60,507 nucleotides of DNA from Acidobacteriota bacterium (GCA_028876655.1 JAGWRA010000189.1:1-60507); one strand, 5' to 3'. Counted from the stretch's first letter, positions 41,667-52,627 are shown. Program-made: numbers and translations. The notes: generated by a model not told the origin, from the letters alone.

Positions 41667-44600
41667 ATGATGGACGACGAACCGACTCCACGCCCGACGT
41701 CGGCGCTGCGGCGCACGGGGCGGATCCTGCACCGGACGGTCAAGGTCGCGCTGACCATCGTCGGGCTGGTGTGCCTCGTCGCCCTGATCGGGCTGCAGAC
41801 GTCGTGGTTCCGCGGGCAGCTCCGGAGCACGATCGTCGGCTTCGGGGACCGGTTCCTGAACGGCCGGCTCGCCATCGGCCGCGTCTCCGGCAACCTGATC
41901 ACCGGGATCGTCCTGCACGACGTGTCGATCGTGCTGGACGGGCAGCCCGCCATCATCATCCCGACGCTCACGGTGCACTACCGGATCGCCTCGCTGATCT
42001 CCGCCGGCCGCATCGTGGACGAGGTGGACGTGGACCGGCCGGAGGTCTACCTGCGGCACACGGCCGCCGGATGGAACCTCGGCCACCTCGTGAAGCCGCG
42101 CCCGCCGGGGCCGCCGGGCAGCGGGCCGACCTTCGGCATCGCACGGATCGTCGTGACCGGGGGACGGCTCGACATCGAGGGGGCCAGCGATCCACCCGGC
42201 GCCATCCACTGGCCTCACCGGATCGATCGGATGGACACCGACGTCGGGCTGCTCGTCCGGCCCGGTGACGTCGCGTTCGACATCCACCGGTTCAGCGGGC
42301 GGGCCGTCCGGCCCGGCTTCGCCATTCCGGCCGCGAGCGGGCGGTTCTCCATTCAACCGGCACGTTTCGTGTTCGGCGCGCTGGACGTCAGGCTGGCGAC
42401 GAGTCACTTCCGCGTCGACGGCGATCTTCCGCGCGGCGATCGGCCGGCCGACTGGAACCTGCGGGTCTCCGCCGCGCCGGTGGACCTTCCGGAGATCGCC
42501 GGCCTCGTCCCCGCCGTGCGGGACATCCGCCTGCGTCCCAGCGTGGACCTGTCGGCCCGGGGCCCGGCGTCGGCCATCGGCCTGCGCGTCGGCTTCCAGT
42601 CGGGCGCCGGCGACGTGTCGGCACGGCTCACGGCCGATCTCAGCCGCCCGGCGCGCCACCTGACGGGGGACGTGCAACTGACCCGCCTGAATCTCGCGCC
42701 GCTCATCAAGAAACCGGCCGTGCAGAGCAACATCACGGGCGACGTCATCGTCGACGCGCATCTCGGCGGTGGCGCCCTGACGGCCGCGTATCGCTTCGAG
42801 GGGCTCGATGCCACGGTCGCGGGCTATCAGGGGGCCGCCATCGCGGCGAGCGGTACCGTCGATCGGACCGGTGTGACGCTGAAGGCGGGCGGCGAGGCCT
42901 ACGGCGGGCGCGTGGCGGCCGCGGGACGGCTGGCCTGGCCCTCGCGGGGGCAGGGAGTCGGCTTCAACCTGCAGGGGACGGCGGCCGACGTCGATCTGTC
43001 GACGCTGCCCGCGCATCTCGGCCTCACGAAGCTCGACAGCCGGTTGAACTTCGACTACACCCTTACGGGGAACTGGCCGCGGCTCGAGGGGCGGTTCGCG
43101 CTGCGCGACTCGACGGCCATCGGGGCCGCGATTGCCGGCGGGGATACCGGCAGCTTTTCGCTGGCCGGCGAGCACCTGCAGTACGCCGCGCGCGGTACGG
43201 TCGCGCACCTGGATCTCCAGCGCGTCGGCCGGACGTTCGGCATCGAGACGCTGACGTCCGACCGCTACCGTAGCGACCTCGGGGGGACCTTCGACCTGCA
43301 GGTGACCGGCACGACGCTCGACACGCTGGTGCTGGACGCCTCCGGTCACCTCCGGTCGTCCCACGTGTTCGAGGGGACCGTGCCCGCGGCCGAGGTCGAA
43401 GCGCACCTGGCCGGACGGCGGCTCACCGTTCGCACGCGGGGCGGGTTCGACGGCCTCGATCTCACCCCTGCCTTCGACACGGCGGCCCTGCGCGGCCGGA
43501 TTTCCGGGCAGGTCGACGCGACCGCTGCCTTCACCGAGCTCGGCGCGCCGCTGACGGTGGACACATTCACCTGGAACGGTGCCCTGACGCTCGACCGCAG
43601 TACGATCGATCGCGTCGAGATCGCGCACGGCACGGCCGACCTCACGTACGCGGCGCGGCAGGCCGAGATCCGGCAGTTGTCGATCGACGGACCGCTGGGC
43701 CACGCCCGGGCGAGCGGCCGGCTGAATCTGGCGGAGACGGGCCCGCCCTCTTCGCTCGCGGTCCACGTCCACGCGACCGACCTCGCCGGCCTCGCCCGGC
43801 TGACCGGCTGGCCCGTCGACGGCCAGGCGTCGATCGACGGCTCGGTGACCGGTCTGGCCGGCCGGCTGGTGGCCAGCGGACAGGTGACCGCCGGGCCGGC
43901 GGCGTGGGCCGGGCTGCAGGCGTTGAGTGCCACGTCCAGTCTGCAGGCGACGCTCGCGAATCTCGACCTGGCGACGCTGGAGGTGACGGCACACGCCACG
44001 CTGCAGGCGATCGCCGAGGGCGGCCACGACGTGGCCCAGGTCGCCGCCGTCGATGCGCACTACCGCGACGACGCCGTCCAGCTGAAGACGTCGCTCGAGA
44101 CGATGGGCTCCCGCGTGGAGGCTTCGGGCGACTGGACCATCGCCCACGGTGCCGGCACGGCGCAGCGCGTCCGCCTGACGAGCCTCGGCCTGTACAGCGG
44201 CGCGCTCGCGTGGACGATGCCCGCCGGCGCGGCCGCCACGGTCACCTACGACGGGGAGGCGCTCGCGGTGACCGGCCTCGCCCTGGCGCGCGACTCCCAT
44301 CGCCTGACCGTCGACGGCACGATCGGGGCCCCGGGGCAGGCGCTGCACCTGCGGCTCACGGACTTCGACCTGGCGTCGCTCGACACGCTGCTGCCCCGCG
44401 CGCCCGGCCTGACCGGATCGCTCGATGCGGCCGCCGACCTCACCGGGACGCTGCGCGCGCCGGTGGCGGACGTCCGCTACTCGGTGACCGGCGGCGGCTT
44501 CCGCACCCTGCAGCAGATGCGGCTGACCGGGACCGCGCGCTACGCGGCGGGCCGGGTGCGTCTCGACGCGAGGCTGGAGCAGCCCGACAGGGCATGGCTC

Positions 44601-46049
44601 TCGCTGGCCGGCAGCGTGCCGGCCGCCGTGGTCGCCGGCGATCTCACGTCGCGGGCACCCATCGACGTTACCGTGCAGAGCAGTCCGATTCCGCTGGCGC
44701 TGCCGGCGGGTTTCACGCGCGTCGTGCAGCAGGTGAGCGGCACGGTGCAGGCGGACGTGCGCCTGCACGGCTCGATGGCGGAACCGCTCGCCGACGGGCA
44801 CGTCGACATCCGCAACGGCCGGCTCACCGTCGCGGCCTCCGGCGTCACCTATACCCATCTCGACACGACCATCGCGCTGGCCGGCGACCGGGTGCACGTC
44901 GAACAGCTCACGGTCCTCGATCCCCGGCAGCATCCGCTGCGCATTGCGGGCGACCTCGCCATCACCGGCGGGCGGGTGAGCGGGATCCGCGTCGAGTTGC
45001 GCGCCGATCGGTTCGAGCTGGTCGACAGCCCGCTGGCGACCGTCGCTGCCACCAGCGACCTGCAGCTGACGGGCGACCTGCTGCATCCCCGGCTCGAGGG
45101 AACGGTCACGCTGAACGCCGCGGCGGTCGACGCCGATCGGCTGCTCGATCTGGTCGCACGCGGGTCGACCACGGCCGCGCCGCTGCTGCCGGCCGGGGAG
45201 GCGGGGGAGGCGCCCCGCGAGGGCCCGCCCGCGCCGCAGCCGACGCTGTTCGGTCCGCTGGCGGTCGACGTGACGCTGCGGATTCCCGACGACCTGCAGG
45301 TGACCGGGGCCGACCTGACGCGGACGCGGTCGCCGATCGGCGTCGTGTCGCTCAGCGTGCTGTTCGGCGGCACCGTCCGGGTGCGCAAGGCGCCGGCCGG
45401 TCCGCTCCTCTTCGCGGGGACGATGACGACGGTGCGGGGGTCGTACCAGTTCCAGGGGCGGCGGTTCGACATCCAGCGGGGCGGGCAGATTCAGTTCCAG
45501 GGGCAGCAGCCGGTCGACCCCGCGCTGAACATTCAGGCCAGCCGGACGATTGCCGGCGTCCAGACGCAGGTGAGCGTGCAGGGGACGCTGCGTGCGCCGC
45601 GCCTCGCTCTCAGCAGCTCGCCGCCGCTCGACGAGGCCGACATCCTCGCCCTGATCGTCTTCAATCAGCCCCTGAACCAGCTGGGCGAGCAGCAGCAGGC
45701 GTCGCTGGTCTCGCGCGCCAGCGCCATCGCCGCCGGCGCGCTCACCTCGTCGATCGCCGAGTCGATCGGCCGGGCGCTCAACCTCGATCTGTTCGAGATC
45801 CAGCCCTCGCCGTCGACCGGCGCCACGGCCGCCCTGACCGTCGGGCAGCAGATCGGCACCCGCCTGTTCCTGAAGGTCAGTCAGTCGATCGGCCGCGAGA
45901 GCGCGACGCAGTTCACGATCGACTACCTGCTGACCGACTTCATGCGGCTGCAGAGCACGATCTCGCAGGGGACGCTCGTCACCAGTCCCGCCACGCTCGC
46001 CCTCACCCAGCGCAACGGGATCGATCTGGTGTTCTTCTTCAGTTACTGA
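41667..46049 (+). CDS. tamB: translocation and assembly module protein TamB (DUF490 C-terminus)
   Basis: 1460 aa. N-terminal membrane anchor, a long beta-rich repetitive body, and a C-terminal LSSSPPLDEADILALIVFN ... LQSTISQ region typical of TamB. Confidence 0.8.
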   Translation: MMDDEPTPRPTSALRRTGRILHRTVKVALTIVGLVCLVALIGLQTSWFRGQLRSTIVGFGDRFLNGRLAIGRVSGNLITGIVLHDVSIVLDGQPAIIIPTLTVHYRIASLISAGRIVDEVDVDRPEVYLRHTAAGWNLGHLVKPRPPGPPGSGPTFGIARIVVTGGRLDIEGASDPPGAIHWPHRIDRMDTDVGLLVRPGDVAFDIHRFSGRAVRPGFAIPAASGRFSIQPARFVFGALDVRLATSHFRVDGDLPRGDRPADWNLRVSAAPVDLPEIAGLVPAVRDIRLRPSVDLSARGPASAIGLRVGFQSGAGDVSARLTADLSRPARHLTGDVQLTRLNLAPLIKKPAVQSNITGDVIVDAHLGGGALTAAYRFEGLDATVAGYQGAAIAASGTVDRTGVTLKAGGEAYGGRVAAAGRLAWPSRGQGVGFNLQGTAADVDLSTLPAHLGLTKLDSRLNFDYTLTGNWPRLEGRFALRDSTAIGAAIAGGDTGSFSLAGEHLQYAARGTVAHLDLQRVGRTFGIETLTSDRYRSDLGGTFDLQVTGTTLDTLVLDASGHLRSSHVFEGTVPAAEVEAHLAGRRLTVRTRGGFDGLDLTPAFDTAALRGRISGQVDATAAFTELGAPLTVDTFTWNGALTLDRSTIDRVEIAHGTADLTYAARQAEIRQLSIDGPLGHARASGRLNLAETGPPSSLAVHVHATDLAGLARLTGWPVDGQASIDGSVTGLAGRLVASGQVTAGPAAWAGLQALSATSSLQATLANLDLATLEVTAHATLQAIAEGGHDVAQVAAVDAHYRDDAVQLKTSLETMGSRVEASGDWTIAHGAGTAQRVRLTSLGLYSGALAWTMPAGAAATVTYDGEALAVTGLALARDSHRLTVDGTIGAPGQALHLRLTDFDLASLDTLLPRAPGLTGSLDAAADLTGTLRAPVADVRYSVTGGGFRTLQQMRLTGTARYAAGRVRLDARLEQPDRAWLSLAGSVPAAVVAGDLTSRAPIDVTVQSSPIPLALPAGFTRVVQQVSGTVQADVRLHGSMAEPLADGHVDIRNGRLTVAASGVTYTHLDTTIALAGDRVHVEQLTVLDPRQHPLRIAGDLAITGGRVSGIRVELRADRFELVDSPLATVAATSDLQLTGDLLHPRLEGTVTLNAAAVDADRLLDLVARGSTTAAPLLPAGEAGEAPREGPPAPQPTLFGPLAVDVTLRIPDDLQVTGADLTRTRSPIGVVSLSVLFGGTVRVRKAPAGPLLFAGTMTTVRGSYQFQGRRFDIQRGGQIQFQGQQPVDPALNIQASRTIAGVQTQVSVQGTLRAPRLALSSSPPLDEADILALIVFNQPLNQLGEQQQASLVSRASAIAAGALTSSIAESIGRALNLDLFEIQPSPSTGATAALTVGQQIGTRLFLKVSQSIGRESATQFTIDYLLTDFMRLQSTISQGTLVTSPATLALTQRNGIDLVFFFSY

Positions 46050-46050
46050 T

Positions 46051-48087
46051 CTACCCCTGCGCCACCGATCCCACTTCCACGCGGGCGTCGTTGAAGCAGG
46101 CCCCGCCGCCGAGGTCGGTCAGGGTATCGGGCGCGAGCGCCGTGGCCGTCCGGCCGTTGGCGGTGTTCCGGCACCAGATCCCCTTGGGCAGGCTGACGAC
46201 GCCGGGCCGCAGCGCCGGTGCGAGCCCGAGCCGGCAGCGGACTTCGCCGAGATCGTTGAAGACCCGCACCAGGTCCCCCTCCTCCAGCCCGCGCGCCCGG
46301 GCATCGTCGGGGTGCATCAGCAGGCGGACGTCGGGCCGGGGCAGTTCACCGAGCGTGGAGCTGATCGTCCGATCGCTCGCCGGCGAGATCAGCGCGAGCG
46401 GGTAGCGGGTCTGGCTCGCCTCGGGCTGGTAGCGGTACAGCCCGGCCGGGGCACTCGCCTCGAGGGCCTCGGGAAACAGGTCGACGCGGCCGTCGGCCGT
46501 CCGGGGAAAGACGTCGACGAACTGCACGGGAGTGGATCCGAAGGGCGGGACCGGCCGTTCGTCGCGCCGGAGGGCGGCCCCGGCGTCGCCCGGCAGCGCG
46601 TCGAGCACCTTGAACAGCACGTCGGTGTCCTCGGCGGGCGCGTCCGCGTCGACGAGCTCCAGCCGCTGGGCCAACTCGCCGAAGACCTCGGCATTGGGCC
46701 GGGCCTCGCCGCTCGCCTCGACCACGGGGTGGACGATCTGGAGGCTGATCGGGCCGTACGCGCGCGCCAGGTCGTAGTGTTCGAGAAAGGTCGTGGCCGG
46801 CAGGACCACGTCCGCGTACAGCGCCGTGTCGGTCATCACCTGCTCGAAGACGACGGTGAACAGGTCGTCGCGCTCCAGTCCCTTCAGCACCAGGTTCTGG
46901 TTCGGCATCGTGACGGCCGGGTTGCAGTTGTAGACGAACAGCATCTGCACCGGCGGATCGTCGAACGCCGTGAGGGCGCGGCCGAGCTGGTTCATGTTCA
47001 CGAGCCGCGTCGGCGGCTCCTCGGCCTCGATCCAGGTCTGCCGGATGCCCCAGGCGGGGGAGTTGCTCATCGCGTACCCGCCGCCCCGCACGCCGAACTT
47101 GCCGCCCACGGCCGGCAGCGCCAGGACGGCGAGCGCCGCGTTGCCCCCGTTGCGGTTCCGCTCCAGCCCCCAGCCGCAGCGGATGAGCGCCGGCGAGCTC
47201 TCGGCGTACCAGCGGGCGAGCGTCTCGATCCGTTCCGCCTCGACGCCCGCGGTGTCGGCGGCCCGCGCCGGCGTCCACGGTTCGGCGCGCTCCTGGAGCC
47301 GCTCGCTCCCGCGCGTGTGAGCGTCGAGGAACGCGCGATCGGCGTGGCCGTGGGCGAACAGGTGCCGGTGGACGGCCAGCGCCACCGCCACGTCCGTGCC
47401 CGGCCGGACCGGCAGGTGCAGGTCGGCGAGCCGCGCGAGCGGCGTGACGCGCGGATCGATGACGACGAGGCGGGCGCCGCGGCGCTGCGCCTCGCGGACG
47501 TACGGGACGAGATGGATGCCCGAGACCGACGGGTTCACGCCCCAGAGCACGATCAGCCGGGCGTGGACGAAGTCCTCGTAGGCGACCGACGGCATCTTGC
47601 CGTACAGCGCCTGGTTGGCGGCGCCGGTGGGGGCCGCGCAGACCGTGCGGGCCAGCCGCGAGGTGCCGAAGCGCCGCCACAGCTCGGCATCGGCGGTGTC
47701 CTGCGAGACGAGGCCGTTCGAGCCGCCGTACGAGAAGGGCAGGATGGCCGCGCCGCCCCAGCGATCGCGGATCTCCTGCATGCGGCGGGCGACCAGGTCG
47801 AGCGCTTCGTCCCAGGTCACCCGGCTGAACAGCCCCTGGCCCTTGGCGCCCTTGCGCACCGCGGGATAGAGCAGCCGGTCGGGGCTGTAGACCCGCTCGG
47901 CGAAGCGGCGGACCTTGGCGCAGATGAAGCCGCCGGTGACGGGGTTGCGCCGCGAGCCGTCGACGGCGATCACGCGGCCGCGCTGCACGGTGGCGCTGAG
48001 GCTGCAGCCGTCGGGGCAGTCGAGGGGACAGGCGGTGTCCACGGTCGAGGCCGGGCCGCCGTGCTGGCGAAGGGGCGCGTCACGCAT
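46051..48087 (-). CDS. molybdopterin (bis-MGD) oxidoreductase family protein
   Basis: N-terminal 4Fe-4S motif CPLDCPDGCSL...C, followed by MopB-like segments. Cys (TVCAAP) sits where some relatives have Sec. Start at the ATG at 48087. Confidence 0.85.
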   Translation of the reverse strand: MRDAPLRQHGGPASTVDTACPLDCPDGCSLSATVQRGRVIAVDGSRRNPVTGGFICAKVRRFAERVYSPDRLLYPAVRKGAKGQGLFSRVTWDEALDLVARRMQEIRDRWGGAAILPFSYGGSNGLVSQDTADAELWRRFGTSRLARTVCAAPTGAANQALYGKMPSVAYEDFVHARLIVLWGVNPSVSGIHLVPYVREAQRRGARLVVIDPRVTPLARLADLHLPVRPGTDVAVALAVHRHLFAHGHADRAFLDAHTRGSERLQERAEPWTPARAADTAGVEAERIETLARWYAESSPALIRCGWGLERNRNGGNAALAVLALPAVGGKFGVRGGGYAMSNSPAWGIRQTWIEAEEPPTRLVNMNQLGRALTAFDDPPVQMLFVYNCNPAVTMPNQNLVLKGLERDDLFTVVFEQVMTDTALYADVVLPATTFLEHYDLARAYGPISLQIVHPVVEASGEARPNAEVFGELAQRLELVDADAPAEDTDVLFKVLDALPGDAGAALRRDERPVPPFGSTPVQFVDVFPRTADGRVDLFPEALEASAPAGLYRYQPEASQTRYPLALISPASDRTISSTLGELPRPDVRLLMHPDDARARGLEEGDLVRVFNDLGEVRCRLGLAPALRPGVVSLPKGIWCRNTANGRTATALAPDTLTDLGGGACFNDARVEVGSVAQG

Positions 48088-48227
48088 GACGGGTACGATA
48101 GCACGCCGGTCGCTTTTTTCTTGCGCTGACTCTCCCCGGCCCCCTATCCTTCGCACGCGCGGGTCTGCCGCCCGCGCGCGACCTGCGGACGCCCCATCGA
48201 CGGGTGTCCGGTCCCCCGGGAGACTTC

Positions 48228-49451
48228 ATGACGACGACCGCGACCGCGCTGGCCAGGGAACGCGCGAACCAGCGCAACGCCGTGCTGGCCGGCTTCCTCG
48301 GCTGGACCCTCGACGCCTTCGACTTCTTCATCCTGGTGATGGTGCTCGGTTCGGTGGCCCAGGACCTGCACGTCTCGGTGCCGGCCATGGCGTTCGCCCT
48401 CACGGCGAGCCTCGCCACGCGTCCCCTCGGGGCCTTCATCTTCGGCATCATCTCCGACCGGTACGGCCGCCGCCTGCCGATGGTCGGCGTCATCATCTTC
48501 TACTCGGTCGTCGAGGTGGCGTCGGGACTCGCGCCGAACTACGCGACCTTCCTGGCGCTGCGGTTCCTGTTCGGCATCGGGATGGGCGGCGAGTGGGGCG
48601 TCGGCGCGTCGCTCGTCATGGAGACCGTGCCCGTGAAGTGGCGCGGCGTCCTCTCCGGCCTGCTGCAGGAGGGCTACGCCCTCGGCTACCTGCTCGCCGC
48701 CGTCGCCTACTTCACCGTGGCGCCGTACTACAGCTGGCGCGTGCTGTTCTTCATCGGCGGCCTGCCCGCCCTGCTGTCGCTCTGGGTGGTCTTCAAGGTC
48801 GAGGAGCCCGAGGCCTGGCACGAGCACAAGAGCGGCGACTGGAAGACGTACGGCCGCGAGATCAGGAAGCACTGGAAGCTGTTCCTCTACCTGGTGGCGC
48901 TGATGGCGATGATGAACATGATCTCGCACGGCACCCAGGACATGTATCCCACCTTCCTCCAGCAGCAGCGCCACTTCAGCAAGGAGGCGACGGCGACCAT
49001 CACGATCATCTCGATGGTCGGCGCCATCCTCGGGGGCCTGACGTTCGGGCTGTTCTCCGATCGCGGCGGCCGCCGCAAGGCGATGGTGACGGCCGTCATC
49101 GGCGCGATCGTGCTGGCGCCGCTCTGGGTCTTCGCCCCCTCGACGCCGCTCATCGTCGTCGGCGCGTTCCTGATGCAGTTCATGGTGCAGGGGGCGTGGG
49201 GCGTCATCCCGGCCCACATCAACGAGCTGTCGCCCGGGTCGCTGCGCGGCTTCTTCCCGGGCTTCGCCTACCAGCTCGGCGTCCTGATTGCGTCGAGCAT
49301 CACCTTCATCGAGGCGGTGCTCGGCCAGCACCTGACGTACTCGGTGGCCATGTGGATGCTCGCCACGCTGGTGCTGGTGGTCGGCGCGTTCGTCATCGGG
49401 TTCGGGCCCGAGGCCCGGGGCGTGTCGTTCCGGAAGGCGCAGACGCACTGA
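48228..49451 (+). CDS. MFS transporter (metabolite:H+ symporter-like)
   Basis: 12 hydrophobic segments and the motif GIISDRYGRRLPM (MFS loop 2-3). Confidence 0.85.
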   Translation: MTTTATALARERANQRNAVLAGFLGWTLDAFDFFILVMVLGSVAQDLHVSVPAMAFALTASLATRPLGAFIFGIISDRYGRRLPMVGVIIFYSVVEVASGLAPNYATFLALRFLFGIGMGGEWGVGASLVMETVPVKWRGVLSGLLQEGYALGYLLAAVAYFTVAPYYSWRVLFFIGGLPALLSLWVVFKVEEPEAWHEHKSGDWKTYGREIRKHWKLFLYLVALMAMMNMISHGTQDMYPTFLQQQRHFSKEATATITIISMVGAILGGLTFGLFSDRGGRRKAMVTAVIGAIVLAPLWVFAPSTPLIVVGAFLMQFMVQGAWGVIPAHINELSPGSLRGFFPGFAYQLGVLIASSITFIEAVLGQHLTYSVAMWMLATLVLVVGAFVIGFGPEARGVSFRKAQTH

Positions 49452-49470
49452 CGACGGGGACGGCCGGAGC

Positions 49471-50436
49471 ATGGACCTGCGACAGCTCGAAATCCTGCGC
49501 GCGATCGCCGAGACCGGGTCGTTCACCGGCTCGGGCCGCAAGCTGCACGTGTCCCAGTCGGCCATCAGCCGGCAGATTCTGCTGCTCGAGGAGGAGCTGA
49601 ACGAACCGCTGTTCCTGCGCGTGGGCCGTCAGGTCCGGATGACCCCGGCCGGCGAGGCACTGCTGCAGCTCAGCCACCGGATCTTCGAGGACATCGGCGA
49701 CACGGTCGGCGCGATCACCGATCGGACGAGGGAACTGCGCGGCACGCTGCGGCTGGCCGGCGGCATGACCGTCTGCATCTACGTCTTTCCGCCGGTGCTC
49801 AAGCACTTCCGCCGCATGCACCCCCGGGCCGAGGTCCGGGTCTCGGCGGGGCTCACCGAGAAGTCGATCCGCGAACTGCGGGCCGGCACCGCCGACTGCG
49901 GCCTGCTGACGCTGCCGATCGAGGAGCCCGACCTGGTGACGATCCCCGCCCTCAAGGAAGAGCTCCTGCTCGTGACGGCGCCGAACCACCCCTTCGCGCG
50001 CCAGCGCCGGCTCGGGCCCGAGGACCTCTCCGGGCAGCCGTTCGTCCTCTTCGAAGCGGGGTCGAACACCCGCCGGGTGATCGACGCCTTCTTCCTGCGG
50101 GCGAAGATCGAGCCGAAGATCGTGATGGACACCGAGAACGTCGAGATCATCAAGGCGATGGTCCGCGCGGGGCTCGGCATCAGCATCCTGCCGTACCTGG
50201 CGATCGCCCGCGAGGTGCAGAGCCACCAGTTCTACTGCACCCGCATCCAGGACGAGCAGCTCATCCGGCAGACCGGCTGGGTCTATCCCCGGAGCAACCG
50301 GGTTCCGCGGATGGTGCAGGAGGCGCTGCGGAGCTTCGAGGCGATTCGCGGGCAGCTGCGGCTGTCGCCGGCCCCCGGCCGGCCCCGGCCGGCCCGCCAG
50401 GCCCGCCCCGAGAACGGCCGGCCGATACATAAGTAA
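49471..50436 (+). CDS. LysR family transcriptional regulator
   Basis: MDLRQLEILRAIAETGSFTGSGRKLHVSQSAISRQI is a canonical LysR helix-turn-helix. Confidence 0.9.
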   Translation: MDLRQLEILRAIAETGSFTGSGRKLHVSQSAISRQILLLEEELNEPLFLRVGRQVRMTPAGEALLQLSHRIFEDIGDTVGAITDRTRELRGTLRLAGGMTVCIYVFPPVLKHFRRMHPRAEVRVSAGLTEKSIRELRAGTADCGLLTLPIEEPDLVTIPALKEELLLVTAPNHPFARQRRLGPEDLSGQPFVLFEAGSNTRRVIDAFFLRAKIEPKIVMDTENVEIIKAMVRAGLGISILPYLAIAREVQSHQFYCTRIQDEQLIRQTGWVYPRSNRVPRMVQEALRSFEAIRGQLRLSPAPGRPRPARQARPENGRPIHK

Positions 50437-50516
50437 CCGTAATGGGTTCCATCAGAACATTCTATTTTGAGCACGGAAGCCCGCCGGGTACTCTTGTCGC
50501 ACGGAGGTTCTCGCAT

Positions 50517-50693
50517 ATGAGCATGGAACGAGTCATTTGTGTGCCGTTGAGCGACGCGGAGTGGCGGGCGTTTCTGGCGATCCAGCCGCAGCCGGTCGCG
50601 TGGCTCCAGCAGCAGATCCGGCAGCAGGTCCAGGTCGCGGCCACCCGCGAACCCCAGCCGTCCCAGACGGTCCGGTCCGCCGCCGTCAACTGA
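50517..50693 (+). CDS. hypothetical small protein (58 aa)
   Basis: GGAGG 9 nt upstream of the ATG, in a locally AT-richer leader. No recognisable domain. Confidence 0.3.
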   Translation: MSMERVICVPLSDAEWRAFLAIQPQPVAWLQQQIRQQVQVAATREPQPSQTVRSAAVN

Positions 50694-50806
50694 TCCGGCC
50701 GTCCCGTGCGGCCGCCGCCCGGCGGGCGCTCCGCCGGCGGTGGGGCCGTGCCCCTGGCCGTAGTACCCTTGCGCCTTCACGGCGCCTCACCCGATCCCGG
50801 TCCCCG

Positions 50807-52606
50807 ATGTCGCGTGTACTCGTGCTGGCGCTCGTGCTGCTGAGCGCGGCCCCGGCGGCCGCGCAGTCGTCCCGCCAGACCGGCGCGCCTCCCGTGCAGG
50901 AGACGGTGGTCGTGACGGCCACGGCCTCGCCCGTTCCCTTCCAGAATCTCGCCCGGTCGGTCGTCGTGCTGACGCACGACGAGATCGCCCGCCTGCCGGT
51001 GCAGTCGGTCAACGAGGTGCTCCGCTACGCGGCCGGCGTCGACGTGCGGGCGCGCGGGCCGCTCGGCGTGCAGGACGACTTCTCGCTGCGCGGCGCGGCG
51101 TTCGGCCAGACGCTGGTGCTGGTCGACGGCCTGCCGATCAACGACGCCCAGTCGGGCCACCACAACGGCGACATCCCCGTGCCGCTCGACGACATCGATC
51201 GCGTCGAGATCCTCTTCGGGCCCGGATCGTCCCTGTACGGGGCCGATGCCTTCGGTGGTACCGTGAACATCATCACCCGGCACCAGGGGGCGCCCGACCA
51301 GGTGCAGTTCACGGCGGGGGCCTACGGCCTGGCGGCCGGTAACGCCGTGGTGCACGCCGATCGTGGCGACGTCCACGAGACGGTCTCCTTCTCCGGCACG
51401 CGCGCGTCCGGCTTCGAGCCCGATCGCGACTTCCAGACGCTGTCGGCCAGCGCCGGCACGGCCGTCGGCCGGCACACCTACCTCTTCGTGTCCCACCTGC
51501 GGAAGGCGTTCGGCGCCTACGGCTTCTACGGCCCGGCGCCCTCGCGCGAGTGGACGAACCAGACGCTCGTCTCACTGGACCAGCAGCTCTACGCCGGCCG
51601 CACCTGGCGCGTGACCGCGCAGACCTCCTACCGGACGCACGGGGACCGGTTCCTGTACGACGACTCGATTCCCGGTTTTCCGCTGAACGTCCACCGGACG
51701 CACGAGGTGCAGGCGCAGGTGAAGGCCGCGCGGACGTGGGGGCCGGCGACGCGGCTCACCGTCGGCGCGGCGGGCGGCGGCGACTGGATCCACTCGAACA
51801 ACCTGGGGGACCACCGCTACGGCCAGGCGAGCCTGTTCGCCGAGCTGCAGCAGCGGCTCGGCACGCGCACGGTCGTCTATCCGGGGCTCCGGGTGGACCA
51901 CTACTCGAACTTCGGGACGTCGTGGAGCCCGTCGCTGTCGGTGAGCACGTGGGTGAGCCGCACGGTGAAGCTGCGCGCCTCGGCGGGGCACGCCTTCCGG
52001 ATCCCGACCTTCACCGAGCTGTACTACTCCGATCCGAGCAGTCAGGGGACGCCGACGCTGCAGCCGGAGCGGGCCTGGGGCGGGGAAGCCGGGTTCGACT
52101 GGATGCCGGACGCGCGGTGGCTCGCGTCGGCCACCCTCTTCGGCCGGCAGGACCGCAACATCATCGATTTCATCCGGCGCTCGGCGGTGGAGAAGTGGAC
52201 GGCGGCGAATCTCCGTGACGTCTCGACGGAAGGGCTGCAGCTGAGCGTCCGCCGCTTCCTGGCGGCCGGCGCCCTCGTGCAGCTGCAGTACGACTACCTC
52301 ACCGAGAACGCGGGGGCCGTCGACTACCAGTCGGAGTACGTCCTGGACTACGCGCGGCACGCCTTCAGCGGCGTCGCCAGCGTGCCGCTGCCGGTCGGCT
52401 TCGGGCTGGGCCAGCGCGTCGCCTGGACGCGTCGTGCCGACGGCCGCCACTACTGGGTGGTCGACACGCGTCTCTCGAAGCGCGTCGGCCAGGCGATGGT
52501 CTTCGTGGACGGGACGAACCTGCTGGACAGCCGCTACCAGGAGATCCACGGCGTGGACATGCCGGGCCGCTGGGTGTCGGCGGGGATCCAGGTGGGGGGG
52601 AAGTAG
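50807..52606 (+). CDS. TonB-dependent receptor (BtuB-sized)
   Basis: Signal peptide. Plug motifs DEIARLP, FSLRGA and VLVDGLPIND. C-terminal barrel. Confidence 0.85.
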   Translation: MSRVLVLALVLLSAAPAAAQSSRQTGAPPVQETVVVTATASPVPFQNLARSVVVLTHDEIARLPVQSVNEVLRYAAGVDVRARGPLGVQDDFSLRGAAFGQTLVLVDGLPINDAQSGHHNGDIPVPLDDIDRVEILFGPGSSLYGADAFGGTVNIITRHQGAPDQVQFTAGAYGLAAGNAVVHADRGDVHETVSFSGTRASGFEPDRDFQTLSASAGTAVGRHTYLFVSHLRKAFGAYGFYGPAPSREWTNQTLVSLDQQLYAGRTWRVTAQTSYRTHGDRFLYDDSIPGFPLNVHRTHEVQAQVKAARTWGPATRLTVGAAGGGDWIHSNNLGDHRYGQASLFAELQQRLGTRTVVYPGLRVDHYSNFGTSWSPSLSVSTWVSRTVKLRASAGHAFRIPTFTELYYSDPSSQGTPTLQPERAWGGEAGFDWMPDARWLASATLFGRQDRNIIDFIRRSAVEKWTAANLRDVSTEGLQLSVRRFLAAGALVQLQYDYLTENAGAVDYQSEYVLDYARHAFSGVASVPLPVGFGLGQRVAWTRRADGRHYWVVDTRLSKRVGQAMVFVDGTNLLDSRYQEIHGVDMPGRWVSAGIQVGGK

Positions 52607-52627
52607 GGACGTCCCACGTCCGACGTC

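Noticed and set aside
39543-45086. 1847-aa ORF antisense to tamA/tamB
   Set aside because: It has an extreme Arg/Gly/Pro/Ala composition and no recognisable motif. It lies entirely opposite two well-supported genes, which is the typical shadow ORF of a very GC-rich genome.
46051-48087. Second selenoprotein candidate (molybdopterin oxidoreductase)
   Set aside because: The ORF is uninterrupted. The position that is Sec in some formate dehydrogenases appears to be Cys here (TVCAAP), and there is no in-frame TGA.
50437-50806. Cobalamin or other riboswitch upstream of the BtuB-sized TonB-dependent receptor
   Set aside because: I could not find the B12-box core (GCCACTG-like) or other riboswitch signatures by eye. 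The region instead holds a possible 58-aa ORF and a CCGGCGG/CCGCCGG hairpin. A covariance-model search would be needed to exclude a riboswitch.
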